The notes under the pieces were generated by a model. It did not search any database. It was given only the letters and a program-made list of their open reading frames with translations, and was not told where the DNA came from. Positions 23,172-36,100 of a DNA stretch of 64,000 nucleotides are shown one piece after another. Source of the DNA: Blepharisma stoltei ATCC 30299 (lineage: Eukaryota; Protista; Ciliophora); assembly GCA_965603825.1 (NCBI GenBank), contig CBFDEM010000057.1, positions 186,001-250,000 of the forward strand, read 5' to 3'. Made by a program: the position numbers and the translations under genes. Positions within the stretch are counted from its first letter, which is position 1. Every line of letters starts with the position of its first letter.

Positions 23172-25151
23172 ATGGCTAACAATTTAAGTAATATGAATAT
23201 AATGATAGAGCACCCAATGTCATCTCCAAAATTAGAACGGCCTATATTTGCACGTTACCAGCGGAGGCTATCAAATGTCAAAGATATCACTTCAGAAACT
23301 ATGGCTTATTTTAACCAGGAAAGGAACAAAACAATTATAATTAAATTCATTCTTTCGCTTTCCCCTGATCAAAGAACGCCAGAAATGATTGAAAAAGTGT
23401 ATTCATTGACAAAAGATCTGGCATTTTTTAAAACTATTCGGGAAGAGCATACCGAAGATATTCATTATTCGTGCTGCAAATATTTAAATTTTGAGTTTCA
23501 TCCTGCTGGATCGGTTATTATAAAACAGGGAGAACCTGGTTCAAAATTTTATATTTTAATAGAAGGATCTGCAAATGTTATAAGGGAAAATGATGACGGT
23601 AGCATGAATTTAATAGCAGAAATAGGGGATGGGGAATCATTTGGTGAAAGGTCACTTTTATTAGGGACTAAAAGAGCTGCAACCGTTATTGCTGTTGAGG
23701 ATTGCTCTCTAGGAGTACTTGTAGCAAGTGATTATAAAAAAATTTTGGAATCTTTTATGGAAGACAGATATAATGTCCTTATAGAGATGCTTAGACATTT
23801 GCCTATGTTCAAAGACCAATCTCTTAATTATTTACAAAGATTCACATATTATTTTAAATCAAAAAAGGTGAAAAAGAGACAAATAATTTTCCAAGAAGGT
23901 GACCCTGCTGATAAAGTCTACTTAATCCAAGATGGCGAATTCAGCTTATTTAGAACTCTTACTGTTTCTATAAAATCTTCAAAGCCATTCCCAGAAAAAT
24001 CTCCACTGAAAACAAAAAATATTTCCAAACAAAGCCCAATTGCAATATTATCTATAGGAACAATGTTCGGAGAAGAAGAAATTACTTCAGGAGAAGCCAA
24101 AAGAAGCACGACTTGTATATGCACTTCAAATAGCGGCCTATTATTGATTATTAGCAAAGAAAACTTTTTGAAGCAAATCATGAAAAATGATGATGCAGTC
24201 AATTTTATAAGAAATAGGACACAAAAAAAATTACAGACAAGGCAAAATATTTTTGATAGAAAAATTAAAGTACAAAAATTAAATTCAGGAATTATTCCAT
24301 TAGTAATTGATAAGAACTGCCCAAAAAAAGAGCCATTAAAAGCTATTGAAAGCTTGCCACAGCTTGCATCTCCAAAGCGCGCAAGTGGAAATTTATTTTC
24401 ACCAAGGATTATTTTGAATTCATCAACATTTATGTTTCCATCTGAAAAAGATTACGATAATAACATATCTAGCTGTCCTAATAAAAGGCATGGTAGTCTT
24501 TGCTCAATCATGATTTCAGAAGCATCAGATCAATCCAAGCTTCAGCTTTGCAAATCCAGAGAAGAAGTAAATTTTTCAACGCTTTCCACAGAATTAAAAG
24601 ATTCCTTAAATTTTAGAAGACAAAACAGCCTCTTTTCATCTACTTCTTCTGATGATAAAACACAAAACAAAAATCTAAAAACCAAAGATGAAATCAACTA
24701 TTTAACATTTTCAGTAGGAGTTCAAGATAAAGAATTAAAGAGTCCAGATATGAAAAGAAAGAAATCTGCCAGTATAAGCATTTACAAAAAGTGGGCAGAT
24801 AGTATAAGTATAACAACGGATAAGAAATGGGGTATGGATAGTCCGACTATAAAGCATACTGCTTTAGAAGACGGCTCGCCTATACAAAGAAAATCTTTAG
24901 GAGCATCATCATCACTAGGATATCTATGTTTTGATGATTCTGGCAGTCCGCATTGCAAAGAAACTAGGCAAAAAAATGAATCCAATGTGATCAATATGCA
25001 TACTCATCTTATGAAATCGAAAAGCAAAAAATACCATAAATTTAATTCACTATGCAAGACAACTAAGCGAAAAATTAAATTTTATAATGAAAATCAGCCT
25101 GAATTACAATTTCAAGACATGGAAGTTAAGTCTATGCATTATAAAATGTAA
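23172..25151 (+). CDS. tandem cyclic-nucleotide-binding-domain protein with disordered C-terminal tail
   Basis: IIKQGE.G.KFYIL.EG, FGE.SLL....RAAT; second domain IFQEGD.AD..YLI..G, FGEEE.....R.TT. Confidence 0.88.
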   Translation: MANNLSNMNIMIEHPMSSPKLERPIFARYQRRLSNVKDITSETMAYFNQERNKTIIIKFILSLSPDQRTPEMIEKVYSLTKDLAFFKTIREEHTEDIHYSCCKYLNFEFHPAGSVIIKQGEPGSKFYILIEGSANVIRENDDGSMNLIAEIGDGESFGERSLLLGTKRAATVIAVEDCSLGVLVASDYKKILESFMEDRYNVLIEMLRHLPMFKDQSLNYLQRFTYYFKSKKVKKRQIIFQEGDPADKVYLIQDGEFSLFRTLTVSIKSSKPFPEKSPLKTKNISKQSPIAILSIGTMFGEEEITSGEAKRSTTCICTSNSGLLLIISKENFLKQIMKNDDAVNFIRNRTQKKLQTRQNIFDRKIKVQKLNSGIIPLVIDKNCPKKEPLKAIESLPQLASPKRASGNLFSPRIILNSSTFMFPSEKDYDNNISSCPNKRHGSLCSIMISEASDQSKLQLCKSREEVNFSTLSTELKDSLNFRRQNSLFSSTSSDDKTQNKNLKTKDEINYLTFSVGVQDKELKSPDMKRKKSASISIYKKWADSISITTDKKWGMDSPTIKHTALEDGSPIQRKSLGASSSLGYLCFDDSGSPHCKETRQKNESNVINMHTHLMKSKSKKYHKFNSLCKTTKRKIKFYNENQPELQFQDMEVKSMHYKM

Positions 25152-25939
25152 AATTATTTATTTTTATACTTATTAAATAAACTCCCAATATTAATTTATA
25201 TTAATTTATAAGAATTTAATACAAGAACATATTTTCTGTTGATTTAATCGCTAAAAATTGAGTACTATGCATAATTTTGTAAATTATAAAATATCTTGAT
25301 TTTTTTTAATCCTATAATTATTATGCTTATAATGTCCATATTAAGCTTATTAACGTGAGAATAGACTTTAAATGAAAGAAAATTGCTTTTATAACTTAAA
25401 GTAGCTTAATTCGACTTAATGAATTTGCTTTATGATTTAATAGTGCTATTTATATAAATTGGCTTAAAATTATTTTGACTACATTTTAGATGGCTATGGT
25501 AAAAAATATTATTGCATGGATTAAGTCACTTTAGATCATTCTTAGAATAAGGGTTATATCTTTATTCTCGCTTAATAATTGCCACTTTATGCTTGCGTTC
25601 AGTGCATAATAATGTATTAAGCCAATAAATTTTCAAAATCGCTGACTAAATACCAAACTTCACCCATGGCTATCTTTACTGACTCTTTCAGATAGTAAAT
25701 ACATTCATGGCATACATTTTATCTTAAATTTTATTAAAGAATTTTAAGCCATAATCATTCCCTATATAATTCCTTCTCGCTCTCTTTAATCCAAGTCAAC
25801 TCAAAAATTTCCATTTATGCTTCGTCAAAGCTGATCATCTATATTTAATAAATTCATGAACCATTAAATTGACTTTCAAAGATATGGAAGAAAATGCTAC
25901 CTTAACTATTTCCATTTAACTAGTCGTCATTATAATTAA

Positions 25940-26446
25940 ATGTCTGAAAGAACAAAATTTTGTAAAAGTAGAAGCTCTGTAATTGTTGCACCTATACAAA
26001 AGCCACGTATCACTAAAAGGCTTTCTTTCCCAGATATACCGCTTGAACTGCCCAAGCTGAAACTGTCATGTCGAAGTGTAACCTTCCCCATAATTAAGCG
26101 AGACAGGGTCAGCATGATTATTCAAGACCTGCATCGCCAGCAAGGCACACAATCTCCACGTTCCCCTGACTCAGGAAACAAATCAAGCTCGAGCTTATGA
26201 TTAGAAAAGCTTCCAACCACAATTAAAAAAGAAGTCAAAGCTTTTAGAATTAAGAAAAGATTTCAAAATATGAACGATTTTAACCGTCGAATTCCTCAGG
26301 ATGATCCTTTGGAGTGCTATTATGAAAATTTGCCATATATTGAAGATGTCTTACAAGAAAACAGAGAAAAGCATTATCAGAAAATGTCGAAATTGATACT
26401 CCCAGTCTATGAGGAGTCTAATGAAAGCGTTGAAATGGCTGTGTAA
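25940..26446 (+). CDS. hypothetical protein, 168 aa
   Basis: Reads through TGA 26198-26200 to TAA 26444-26446; coding-like composition. Confidence 0.7.
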
Positions 26447-26688
26447 AACTACAAAACAAATTGAAAACTTTAATAAGATTAATTTATGATGAATATTGTA
26501 ACTACTTGTTTATACTTACAAATAATTGTATCAATAAGAAAAATCAATTTTTTGCTTGAAAATCAGGCTCTAAAATTTTAATTTTAAATCCTCTATCGTA
26601 TCTTTTCTAATACAAAGTTTTATTTATGATACCTTGTTTGGTGGGTGTTGATTTAATTTTGATTTCATTTATCTGAATAATAATCATA

Positions 26689-28120
26689 ATGACAGATTAT
26701 GCACTTGATATTGGCAATCCTCTGATCAAGTATGCTATGAATCAATTAGGAATTAAAGAAGATGAGCTTTTACAGTTAGAATTCAGCGATTTTTATGAAA
26801 AAGGAGTCAATGAAGATGTTCAAAAAATCAGATATGAACACCACATTAAAAAACTCCAAGAGACCGTTAGATTAATTAAAACCTTCATTAGAGAAGAAAG
26901 AGGAAGGAAGCCAGAGTCGTATTTTGATAGGCATAACACGTCAAGTAGCCCTCAAAGCTCTATGGATACCTCTAAAAGAATAACTGATTCTGAAAAAGGC
27001 AAAGAAAAATGCATTGAAATAATAAATAATGCATTAAGCGAAATCGAAAGGACAGAAAAATACAAAAGTGCAACTGAAAAAAAACTAAAAAGTGCCCAGC
27101 AGGTTAAAAAGAGGCTTAAAGAAGATTTCTCTAAAAAAAAGAATAAACAGGATGAGTTCAAAGTCCTCCAGAAATTGAATTTTGAAAAATTAAAGCTAGA
27201 AGAAGCAAAAGCTCAAAATAATGTGTTAAAAACAATTTTATCCTCATCACCAAGATTTTTTAGAACAGAGGATACCCAAATAAATGGAGCTAGATCTAAA
27301 AGCAACTCGGTGCTATCAAAACGTCTTGAAGCCAAGTCATTTCTAGATAATAACAATGATGAAGCATATGATTCTGATGTCCAAGCAAGACTTAATTCAT
27401 TTTACATGAAAATCGAAAAATCTAAAGCAAATTATGAGCAGCAGCTTCAAATGAAAAGAGAAATTGCTTCTAGAAAATGCTCAGAATTTAGCGCAAAATC
27501 AGAAAAACCGAATGATATGCAAACTGTAGAAAAAGCATTGAGAATTATTAATAAACATAAAGATGCATCAGATAGGAGAAGTAAAAGTGTGATGAAATTA
27601 AGAGAAGAGAGAGAAAAATTAAAAAAGAAAAATCAGGATAGGTATTCTAGTGTTCAAGATAGAGCTAAGGAACAAGAAAAAAATATTTTAAAAAAAGCTG
27701 AATACCTTGAAAAAAAGCTAAAAGCATCAAAAAATCTATTAGAACAGAAGCAGGCAAATCTCAATAAAAATATTGCAATCAAAGCAGAATTGCATAGACT
27801 TCGAGGAATTGACACAATACAAAACGTAGAACGGCAAAAGAGAGTATTGGTATAGGATAATTAGGAACGCACGTAGAGAACAAATACTAGAAAAACAGTT
27901 TATGGATAATCAGCGAGTAGAAGCAATAAAGAAAGAAAAAGAAATTACAGTTAATTATAAGAGAGAGCAAGCTTTGAAGGCTATGATGGACAAAGAAAAA
28001 GCTTTAGAAATTGCAGCTGTTATAAGGCGAGCACCTGATCACAAAACAGCTCATGAACGATTAAAAGAAATAGAACTCCGCACCACGTCTAATTTTAATT
28101 CGCCCAATAAGAAAGACTAA
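26689..28120 (+). CDS. Lys/Glu-rich coiled-coil protein, two exons
   Basis: ORF 26689-27855 and a +1-shifted continuation to TAA 28120, separated by an intron-like sequence at 27849-27865. Confidence 0.75.
27849..27865 (+). other. tiny intron, apparently 16 nt with a non-canonical boundary
   Basis: Core GTATAGGATAATTAG (27850-27864) fits the consensus, but the frame is only restored if 16 nt are removed. Confidence 0.6.
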
Positions 28121-28246
28121 AACGATTTATTTTATAATTTTATTATCAAGAATTTTATCAATTTTTGATAATTCATGGTACTGATAGCTTAAAGCGAATA
28201 GGTATTAAATCTTTTTATAACCAATCGACAATTATTGTTATTAAAT

Positions 28247-28882
28247 TTAGAAAAAGCGTTTCTGATTTCTCTTGCTGGTATTTCTTTCCAAGCTTAAAGG
28301 TCGAATAATATCGTAAATATCACCTGATTTTTCAGGCATTGTTCCACTTGTTTCATCGTACGGATATCCATTTAATCTTTGCAAGAAATCATACTCTATT
28401 CTTTTTGTTGATTCTGTTCGGCTGCAGGCGCTATTTTCAGGAGGCCTAACTTCTTGAGTTTTTAATACATTTTTCTCTAAATGTTTTCAATTGAAAACTA
28501 TATTTGATTTCCTAGGAATTTGGACATCATAAACTTCAATTGATTCACTGATATCCATGATCCTATCATGATTACCTTCTTTATCGTAGCAGTCTGTAAA
28601 AATTTGATTTGGAAAAATCTTTGGAGCTTTAGCTACTTCTTTGCCTTCTAAATTAATCAGAGATTTCAGCTTTAAATTTCCTTCTGAAGAAGATCGGATG
28701 TGTCGGTTCGTTGTTAGAAATTGTGCTGGAGGCTTCTTTTTCTTATGCTTGTGATTGAAAACTGATCTTTTTTGCTGAAGTGAATCAGAAAATTTAGGAG
28801 CTTCTTTGCAAGAGATTGACTGGACCAGGATATCTTGAATTGGAATTTCAGAGAAAGCCCTTTTATGTTCAATTTTTTTCAT
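28247..28882 (-). CDS. hypothetical protein, 211 aa
   Basis: Reads through TGA 28489-28487 to TAA 28249-28247. Confidence 0.7.
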
Positions 28883-29072
28883 TAAAATTAGTTAAAATTA
28901 ATTTGCATGAAATAAAGAAATCAGACGTTGCTTAGGTTGGAGATAGATTATTATGATTTTATTCTATATAAGCCTAACCTAAAGTAATTAGTTTTATTTT
29001 ACTGAATATGCATCTGACATTTAATTAAAAACTCATTTCTGTCTTCGCGAAAACTCCTTTTTTGGGTAATAT

Positions 29073-29822
29073 ATGGACGAAGCAGATATAGAGGATGGCG
29101 AAGTTTTAGAACAAGAAGAGTCTGTACAAACTCCCAGCCCACCTATAACAGTTCTTCAGAATAAACAAGAAAATAAGAAGCCTGATGTTCAACGAATGAA
29201 GCGCCCAAGACCAGATGAATCAAAAATTAAAAAGGTAAAGTGCAAATATTGGGCTGGAGGAACTTGCCATAAAGGCCAAGACTGCACTTTTCTTCATGAA
29301 GGAGCTCAATTGATGAAAGACGAGCTCTGCAAGTATTTTGTGACAGATACATGCATAAAAGGCGATGAATGTGTGTATTCTCATGATACCAAAAAATTCC
29401 CTTGTAAGTATTTTCATGGTGTCGGGTCATGCCACTTAGGAGATACTTGTAGATTTTCTCATATAAGGCTTACACCTGAAATGATTCCTAAATTCATCAA
29501 AGATAATGAAGCCTTTTTGCAGCAAGTCCAACAAGCAAGAGGATATACCAATTTAGGAGAGTATTATAATCAATATGCAAGAGAAAAAGCAAATCTTCAG
29601 CCGTTATTGCCGCTTCCTGGGAATATATTAGGAATTCCGCAGTTTCCACCTCCAATTGCACCTGTTTGGATACCTCCAAAGCCTCCTAGTCCAGATCTCT
29701 CATCAAGGTTGCATGCTAGTGGAATTATCAAGAGTAGGAATATAACGATCCCGAAAGGCGATTTATCTAAATTGAGGAAACCACCGAATTCCCATGTTTA
29801 CAAGAAGCCTAAATTTAGCTAA
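29073..29822 (+). CDS. triple CCCH zinc-finger protein, ZC3H4/6/8-like
   Basis: CKYW...TC.KG..C.F.H, ELCKYF....C.KGD.C.YSHD...FPCKYFH..G.C..GD.CRFSH; Pro-rich tail; N-terminal DIEDGEV. Confidence 0.88.
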   Translation: MDEADIEDGEVLEQEESVQTPSPPITVLQNKQENKKPDVQRMKRPRPDESKIKKVKCKYWAGGTCHKGQDCTFLHEGAQLMKDELCKYFVTDTCIKGDECVYSHDTKKFPCKYFHGVGSCHLGDTCRFSHIRLTPEMIPKFIKDNEAFLQQVQQARGYTNLGEYYNQYAREKANLQPLLPLPGNILGIPQFPPPIAPVWIPPKPPSPDLSSRLHASGIIKSRNITIPKGDLSKLRKPPNSHVYKKPKFS

Positions 29823-30145
29823 TAAATCCTACACAATATGTATTAATAAATAACTATTTTCATTAAGAGATTAATTGCTTTTAATTTTTGAATTTTAGGC
29901 TTCTGAATTAAGATTGTTAGGATTGTGTACGACTTGAATATTGAAAAAGAGAATAGCAATTAATATTTGATTTCTGTTCGCGGTTTATAAAAAAAGAGCT
30001 AATACAGAAATAAGCTTTTAAAAATATCTCACTGAATATAAGTTTCCTTTAAAAGAATAGATTATTAAATCGCTAAAATTAAAAATTTTAAAACTAATAC
30101 AATAAGCATGAAAAAGGTTCTCTTTTTCTGTTTTTATTAAAAATT

Positions 30146-33100
30146 ATGTCTAAAAAACCTGATGAAGCAAATAAAGAGGAAAAAAAGGAGCCAAGCAGGC
30201 CAAACTCTCCAGTATCACTATTCGGCTCTGATGGAGAAGAAGAAGTAAAAATCCCCACAAAGAAAAAGAATAATAGTTCAAATGACCCAAACATAATAAT
30301 AAAGGAATCACCATCAGTTAATAATATCCCAAACACAATAAGCCATTATAATTTATCCCCTGAGTCCATACAACTTCCTACAAAAAACCAAGTTTTAAGT
30401 GCAGAATCCACTATTAAAAACCCCTTTGAAGAATCTGTTTTTCAAGCTCCATCAGTAGATGAAGATGAGCCGCCTCCTTGGGAATTGGAGGAAAATGAAA
30501 TTAAGCCACCCCAAAAAGCTTCAGAAGCTATAAAGCCAACAAATCAGTCAATAAATGCATTTTTCGAGGAATCAAAATTTGATGAAGTTTCATTTTTACC
30601 TGATACGTCTAAAATAACGTTTAATCCTGAAGGAAATCAATCAGAAGTCGAAGAGGATAAGCCTCCATGGGAAATGGACGAGCTTGAAGTGCCACTAAGT
30701 ATACCAATGCCTCAGGTTCCTATATATTCAGAGTCTCCTGATATTAAAAAAAGTGTAAAAAAGCCAGCTGTAACTGTAACCGAAGTAGAAAAAATGCCCG
30801 AAAAAGAAAGCTCAGACTCTGAAGAAGACAAATCCCCTTTTGATGACGACTTTTTAATGTCACAAATGCCACAATTAGCAAATAATCATAGCTCTCAAGC
30901 CGAATACTTAAAAGAAATTCCAAAATCAAGAGCCCCTGCTTATTTTGCCCAGCCTCTTGATGGTATCATAGCAAAAACAGGGACCGTCTTTAATCTGAAT
31001 AATAAAAAATTATCAACCTCAGGATATTTGCAAATAGGCGATATCATCAGTTTAGTGACAAGAGACGTAGCGCATACAGCTGATGAAGTGTTTTATTATA
31101 CAGGAGTGATATCAGGTGATGGTATTGCAAGCTCTGAGCTTGAATGTGTACCTAAAAAGCCAATGCAGCAGCAAAAAATTGATACTCTATTTAGACAGTG
31201 CTTATTTAGAATTGAGCCAGCTCGACAGTATGGGTTTTCAAGCTTACTTTCATATTATGAAAATCATAAAGAAAAACATAAAAAATCTCATGAAGAGCCA
31301 AATAGAATCATGAAAAATAAATCAAAGGCTGATTTTAAGCTTGAACAAGAATTAAAAAAATATATGACCATCCACGGCACACAAAATAATGATCATGAAA
31401 AAGATAAAATCCTTGAAGAGCTTCGGCAGCAAGCAAATGAAGAAATGGCTGGGAATGAAACTGAGCTCGAACTTTCTGAAGGAAGAATAGTCACTTATGG
31501 AGAACGTATACAATTGAGGCATATTCATAGCAATTCTTTTATAACCACATCTTTAGAAATAGCAAAGGAGCATGGCTGCTTAAAGCTAAAGCTATCAAAA
31601 AATGGAAACGAGGGTTCATGGTTTGAAATTATGCCTGGGGATAAATTAAGGCAAGAAGGTGAAATGGTAAGATATCTTGATGGCTTTTCATTAATTTCAA
31701 GCGCAGAGAGATCGAAATATTATTTGCATATGGGCGTATCACTTGTATATTCAAGAAATTCTTGTTGTGAGCTTAATGCAAGTGAAGCGGCTTCTTTATG
31801 AAAAGCACGAAGATATATGACCCACTACCAAAACAAGGCGAACCCAGAATATGTGTCTACAGGAGACTCCTTCAGAATTTTCCATAAGCAATTTGAAGGA
31901 TATTTAAGCATTTCCACCAGGAATCTGGGGTCTCAGCTTTCTGAAGAAATTAAAATTGTTAATGTGCTGAATAAAGAAGATTATAAGGATGTAGAAGTTT
32001 GTCAAGTTGGTGTTAAAAAAGAAGAGGCTGATGCCCAGGATTATGGAAGAGTTGAAATATTTCTTGAAAAAAATCCTTCAAGCAGGTCTATTTGGGAACT
32101 TGAAAGAGTAAACCCATTCCATGGAGGACCTACTAGGTCGAATGAATTAGTCAGAATTAGGCATGCGAGCACAGGGATGTATATGTTTATCACACAAAGG
32201 GGAGGGGCATTACTAGACCAGTTTACCAAAAGCAATTTTTCACTAATTCCAGAAGACCCTGATGAAAAATTCCTTAGATTTAACCAGCATTTGCAAATTA
32301 GATTGGTCAAAAACGACATGGGAGGCTTATATCTTGCAACAAAAGAAGAAGATATAAACATGATTGATTTCAAAGAAGATTTAAATATAGACTATCAAAA
32401 AAAAGTTTCGCTTTGCATGACACCAAATAAAAAAGAAATACTATTAACAACCTTTGTATTGGAAGACGTCCAAGAGGATTATTCACTTCACATATACCAA
32501 ACTACAAGAATTGTGAAAAAAATGATGGAATTTTATGAATTTGTAAATAAATGGGGAGTTTTGCAGGTTGGAATTCCGCCAGTTCCTTCCTATGATTATG
32601 AGTATGCAGTTGATACAGAAACCGAGCTTTATGAATGAACTGAGCATATGTATGATATTTTGAATAATTTGAGAGAAAGAATTGTAGTAGAAGAATTAAA
32701 CCCAAATATATTTAAAAGCAGACAAGAAGCTATTAAAGATTGTGGGCTATTAGATCTTATGCTTAGAATTGCAAAGCTTGTTGAGAAAAAAATAAAAGTC
32801 CCAGTGTCTGTAAAAGCAAGCACTGATTTAGATAGGAGAAGACACTATACGTCACTAATGCTAGAGCTGCTCAAACAAAACGCTGAAGAAGAACTTCATT
32901 TGCCCCAATTGGTAGCTAAAAAGCATCTTGAAAGGTTTATCAAAAGATTATATGATACTATTCATTTGTGCATTAAAGATAATGTAGCATGCTGTGGAGA
33001 GCTGAAAAATTATTATAAGTTTTTAAACAACCAGATAGGACGAAATAGACTTGAGGTAAAACGAATCATTAATGAATCATTTAAGCACTCTAGCGAAATG

Positions 33101-36100
33101 CTGAATGAAACCTCCTTAACTCAATTTCTTGATTGGGCAAATCAGCTGAAGCCTCTCAATGAAACTGATTATATAAGAGACCAAATTATGGTACTTAAAA
33201 TATTAACGTCTCTATGCATTTTTAAGAAAAAAGGAATTGAAAGGCCAGTTCAACGCTATCAAAAGCTTGTAAAAGAATTTCTTTTTATAAATGGTAAACC
33301 ATTGAAGCTAGCAAAATTTGATACCGTACAAGGTAAAGAGTGTGTGCATTTTCATATAGAAACTTCAGTCGAGCAGTTTTGTGAGATGAATAGTGAGTCA
33401 AAGCTTGTTCCTTATCTATTACGTGGAGTTATGCATACAGATGGGCAGGTGTATATACCATTGGAAGAAATTAATGATATGAATATCATTGACTATTTAG
33501 CATCTTTAATAGATTTACTTTCAGGTAGTTCTCTGATGAGGAGTACTTCTTTTAAAAATGAAATTTTTTATCATTATGGACTTTCATTTCAGCATTGCTT
33601 TAGTTGCATGAAAAATGTCAAATTAAATACTAGACTTCGAACTGCTTATATGACTTTTCTAAGAATATTTTTTATTGATGTAGAACCAAGGATTTCATTG
33701 TCTATTTCTCATAATCGATGCTTTTTATGGAATAATGAATTGAGGAGTATTGATCCTGATGAGCAAGCTTATGTTAATCCAGAAATAGAAATAATAACAA
33801 TTCCTTTTCAATCCTTAGCAAACTGAATAGAAACGACTTGGATTTGCGGTGAATCGCCTATTGATGAAAATCATACTGATAAGTACAAGCACAAAATTAA
33901 ATTTATCATCGAATTAATTGAGCTAACAAAGTCAGTTGTGGATCTAAATTATGTAGACTACGAATTTGTATCTATGGTATATGAGCCAGTTCTTGGTTTT
34001 CTAATGGAATATAGCCATGAGCCCGATGAAATAGAATCAGAAAAGTTACATTGATGCACAGATATAAAAATCAGAGAAATTGAGCAATTATCAACAGTAA
34101 AAGACACAGCAAAAGAGTTAACGAGCGCAGCAATTCAGCTAATTAAGATATTTTACATAGTAAGAACACAAAAGCAAATTGAAAAGTTTGTTATTGAATT
34201 CGGCCAAATAAATCCAGGAGAAAAAATAAACTCCAAGGATCTATTCCAAGGAATTTTTGAAGGTCTTGATTTTAGGATCACAAGAGCTTCCAAAGAAAAA
34301 AGGAATGTTGGATTGGCGCTTTTTCAGCAAGGAATGATAAAAAACACCACAGGAAAAATTAGCACAAACAATATAGTCTCTAAGATTGCAGAAATGAATG
34401 AGCATTTAGACAAAAAATTTCATTTAGACATACAGCTTATTAGGTTGCTATTTAAGTCAGGGAATGCAGGAATTGAAAGAGATACTCTTGATTTGATGAT
34501 TTCCAATTTTAGTCAAAGAGAGCATTTCAAGAAAGAAGCTGAAGATATTTTATTATTGTGTACTCCAAAGCAAAGGCTTTTTTATAAAAAAATTAGTCTT
34601 CAAGTTTATTTGCTTAGAAAGCATTTAAAAGTTTTTATACACTATGGAGAGATGCTTTATCATGAAGAAAATGACTTAAAAGATGAGCATTTAAAAGAAA
34701 TAATGAACGAAATAGAAAAAGAAATACGGAAAATAACCAAATTTTTAACTATTAGAAATGATCCAAGTTCAGTTACTCTAAATCAAGGAATTTGCAAAAA
34801 TTTAGGACTCCATGAAATTTTAATAAATTTTTTGAAAAGAAAATTTAAATGAATACAGAAAGTTTCATATGAAAAAGTCAAGGTTAATCACCATATGATT
34901 AGCATCTATCGAATTATTATTCGATGTCTCGTCGCATTTTCATTCAAAAATCTTAAAAACCAGCGGCTTTTATTTGACTATATCGGCAAATTTGTAATTT
35001 TTATTGGAAATGGCTGTGGGGTTAGCAGGCTATTATCTCAAATTTTAGCCGGACAGAGAAATAAAGATACATCAGAAAAAGTTATTGAGTATATTTTTAC
35101 GCTTATTTATATGTCATCTGATAAGGATCACGTTTCCCAAGACTTTAAGATGCTTCGCTCTTTAATAATTGACGAAAATAACGAAATATATACAACCAGT
35201 CAAACAAATGTAATAAAAGCTATAATAAAAAACAAAGATTTCATGAAATATTATATATCAGGACCTTCCCAGATCCTAAACCTGCTGAATTTTAAGCCTG
35301 AAGATTATGGCTCTCACTCAGCTCTTATAAATCTTTTAGCAAGCTGCTCAATACAAAATAATTTTGTAGTGCAACAATGCAGAAAACTGATCCCTTCTCA
35401 GCCACTTATAAATGAAATTTTAGGTGACAACCTACAATATAAGGTAAAATCAGCTTTCCTGAGCTTTTTATTTTATGTGTATTTAGTTGACATCTCTGAA
35501 GAACTTCCTAGAGAAATTGATATAAGTTTTGGCAAAGTTCTATTGAGAAATGTTTTTATTAGTGATTTAAAAAAAGCATTAAATAGCCTTGATGGACTGC
35601 TAGTTATTTGCAATAAACAAAAATATAAATGCGTTTCTGTTATTGAAAACATCGAAGATGATCATGAAAATTTAAGGAGAAGCTCAGATCCAAGCGCTCC
35701 TCGATGGTTTAATAATAAAGAAGCTTTAAGCAAAGAAGAAATGAGAATAAGAGATTTTTGGAAATATATTATTGATATAAAAACATGAAAAACTGAATTA
35801 GCAACTGGCTTATTAATTTTGATAAGAGAAATGAGCATAGAAATAAAATATGCCAGAAGAGGCATGGACGAAGAAATGATTGAACTGTTTGAAGAGCTAC
35901 GAAGAGCTGTCTCTGACTTAGTTCAAGCTCTTAAAACTCTGGCTTCAGAAAATCCTCATTTATCGTTTGATTTTCTAATCGAAAAAATTTCAAAGATAGT
36001 AACCACAATCCCAAATTTTTCTGACACGAATGAAATGAAAAAAATCCGTGATAACAGCTATTTTGCTCTTATGGGGAAAATTTCAGACTTTCTGAGAGAT

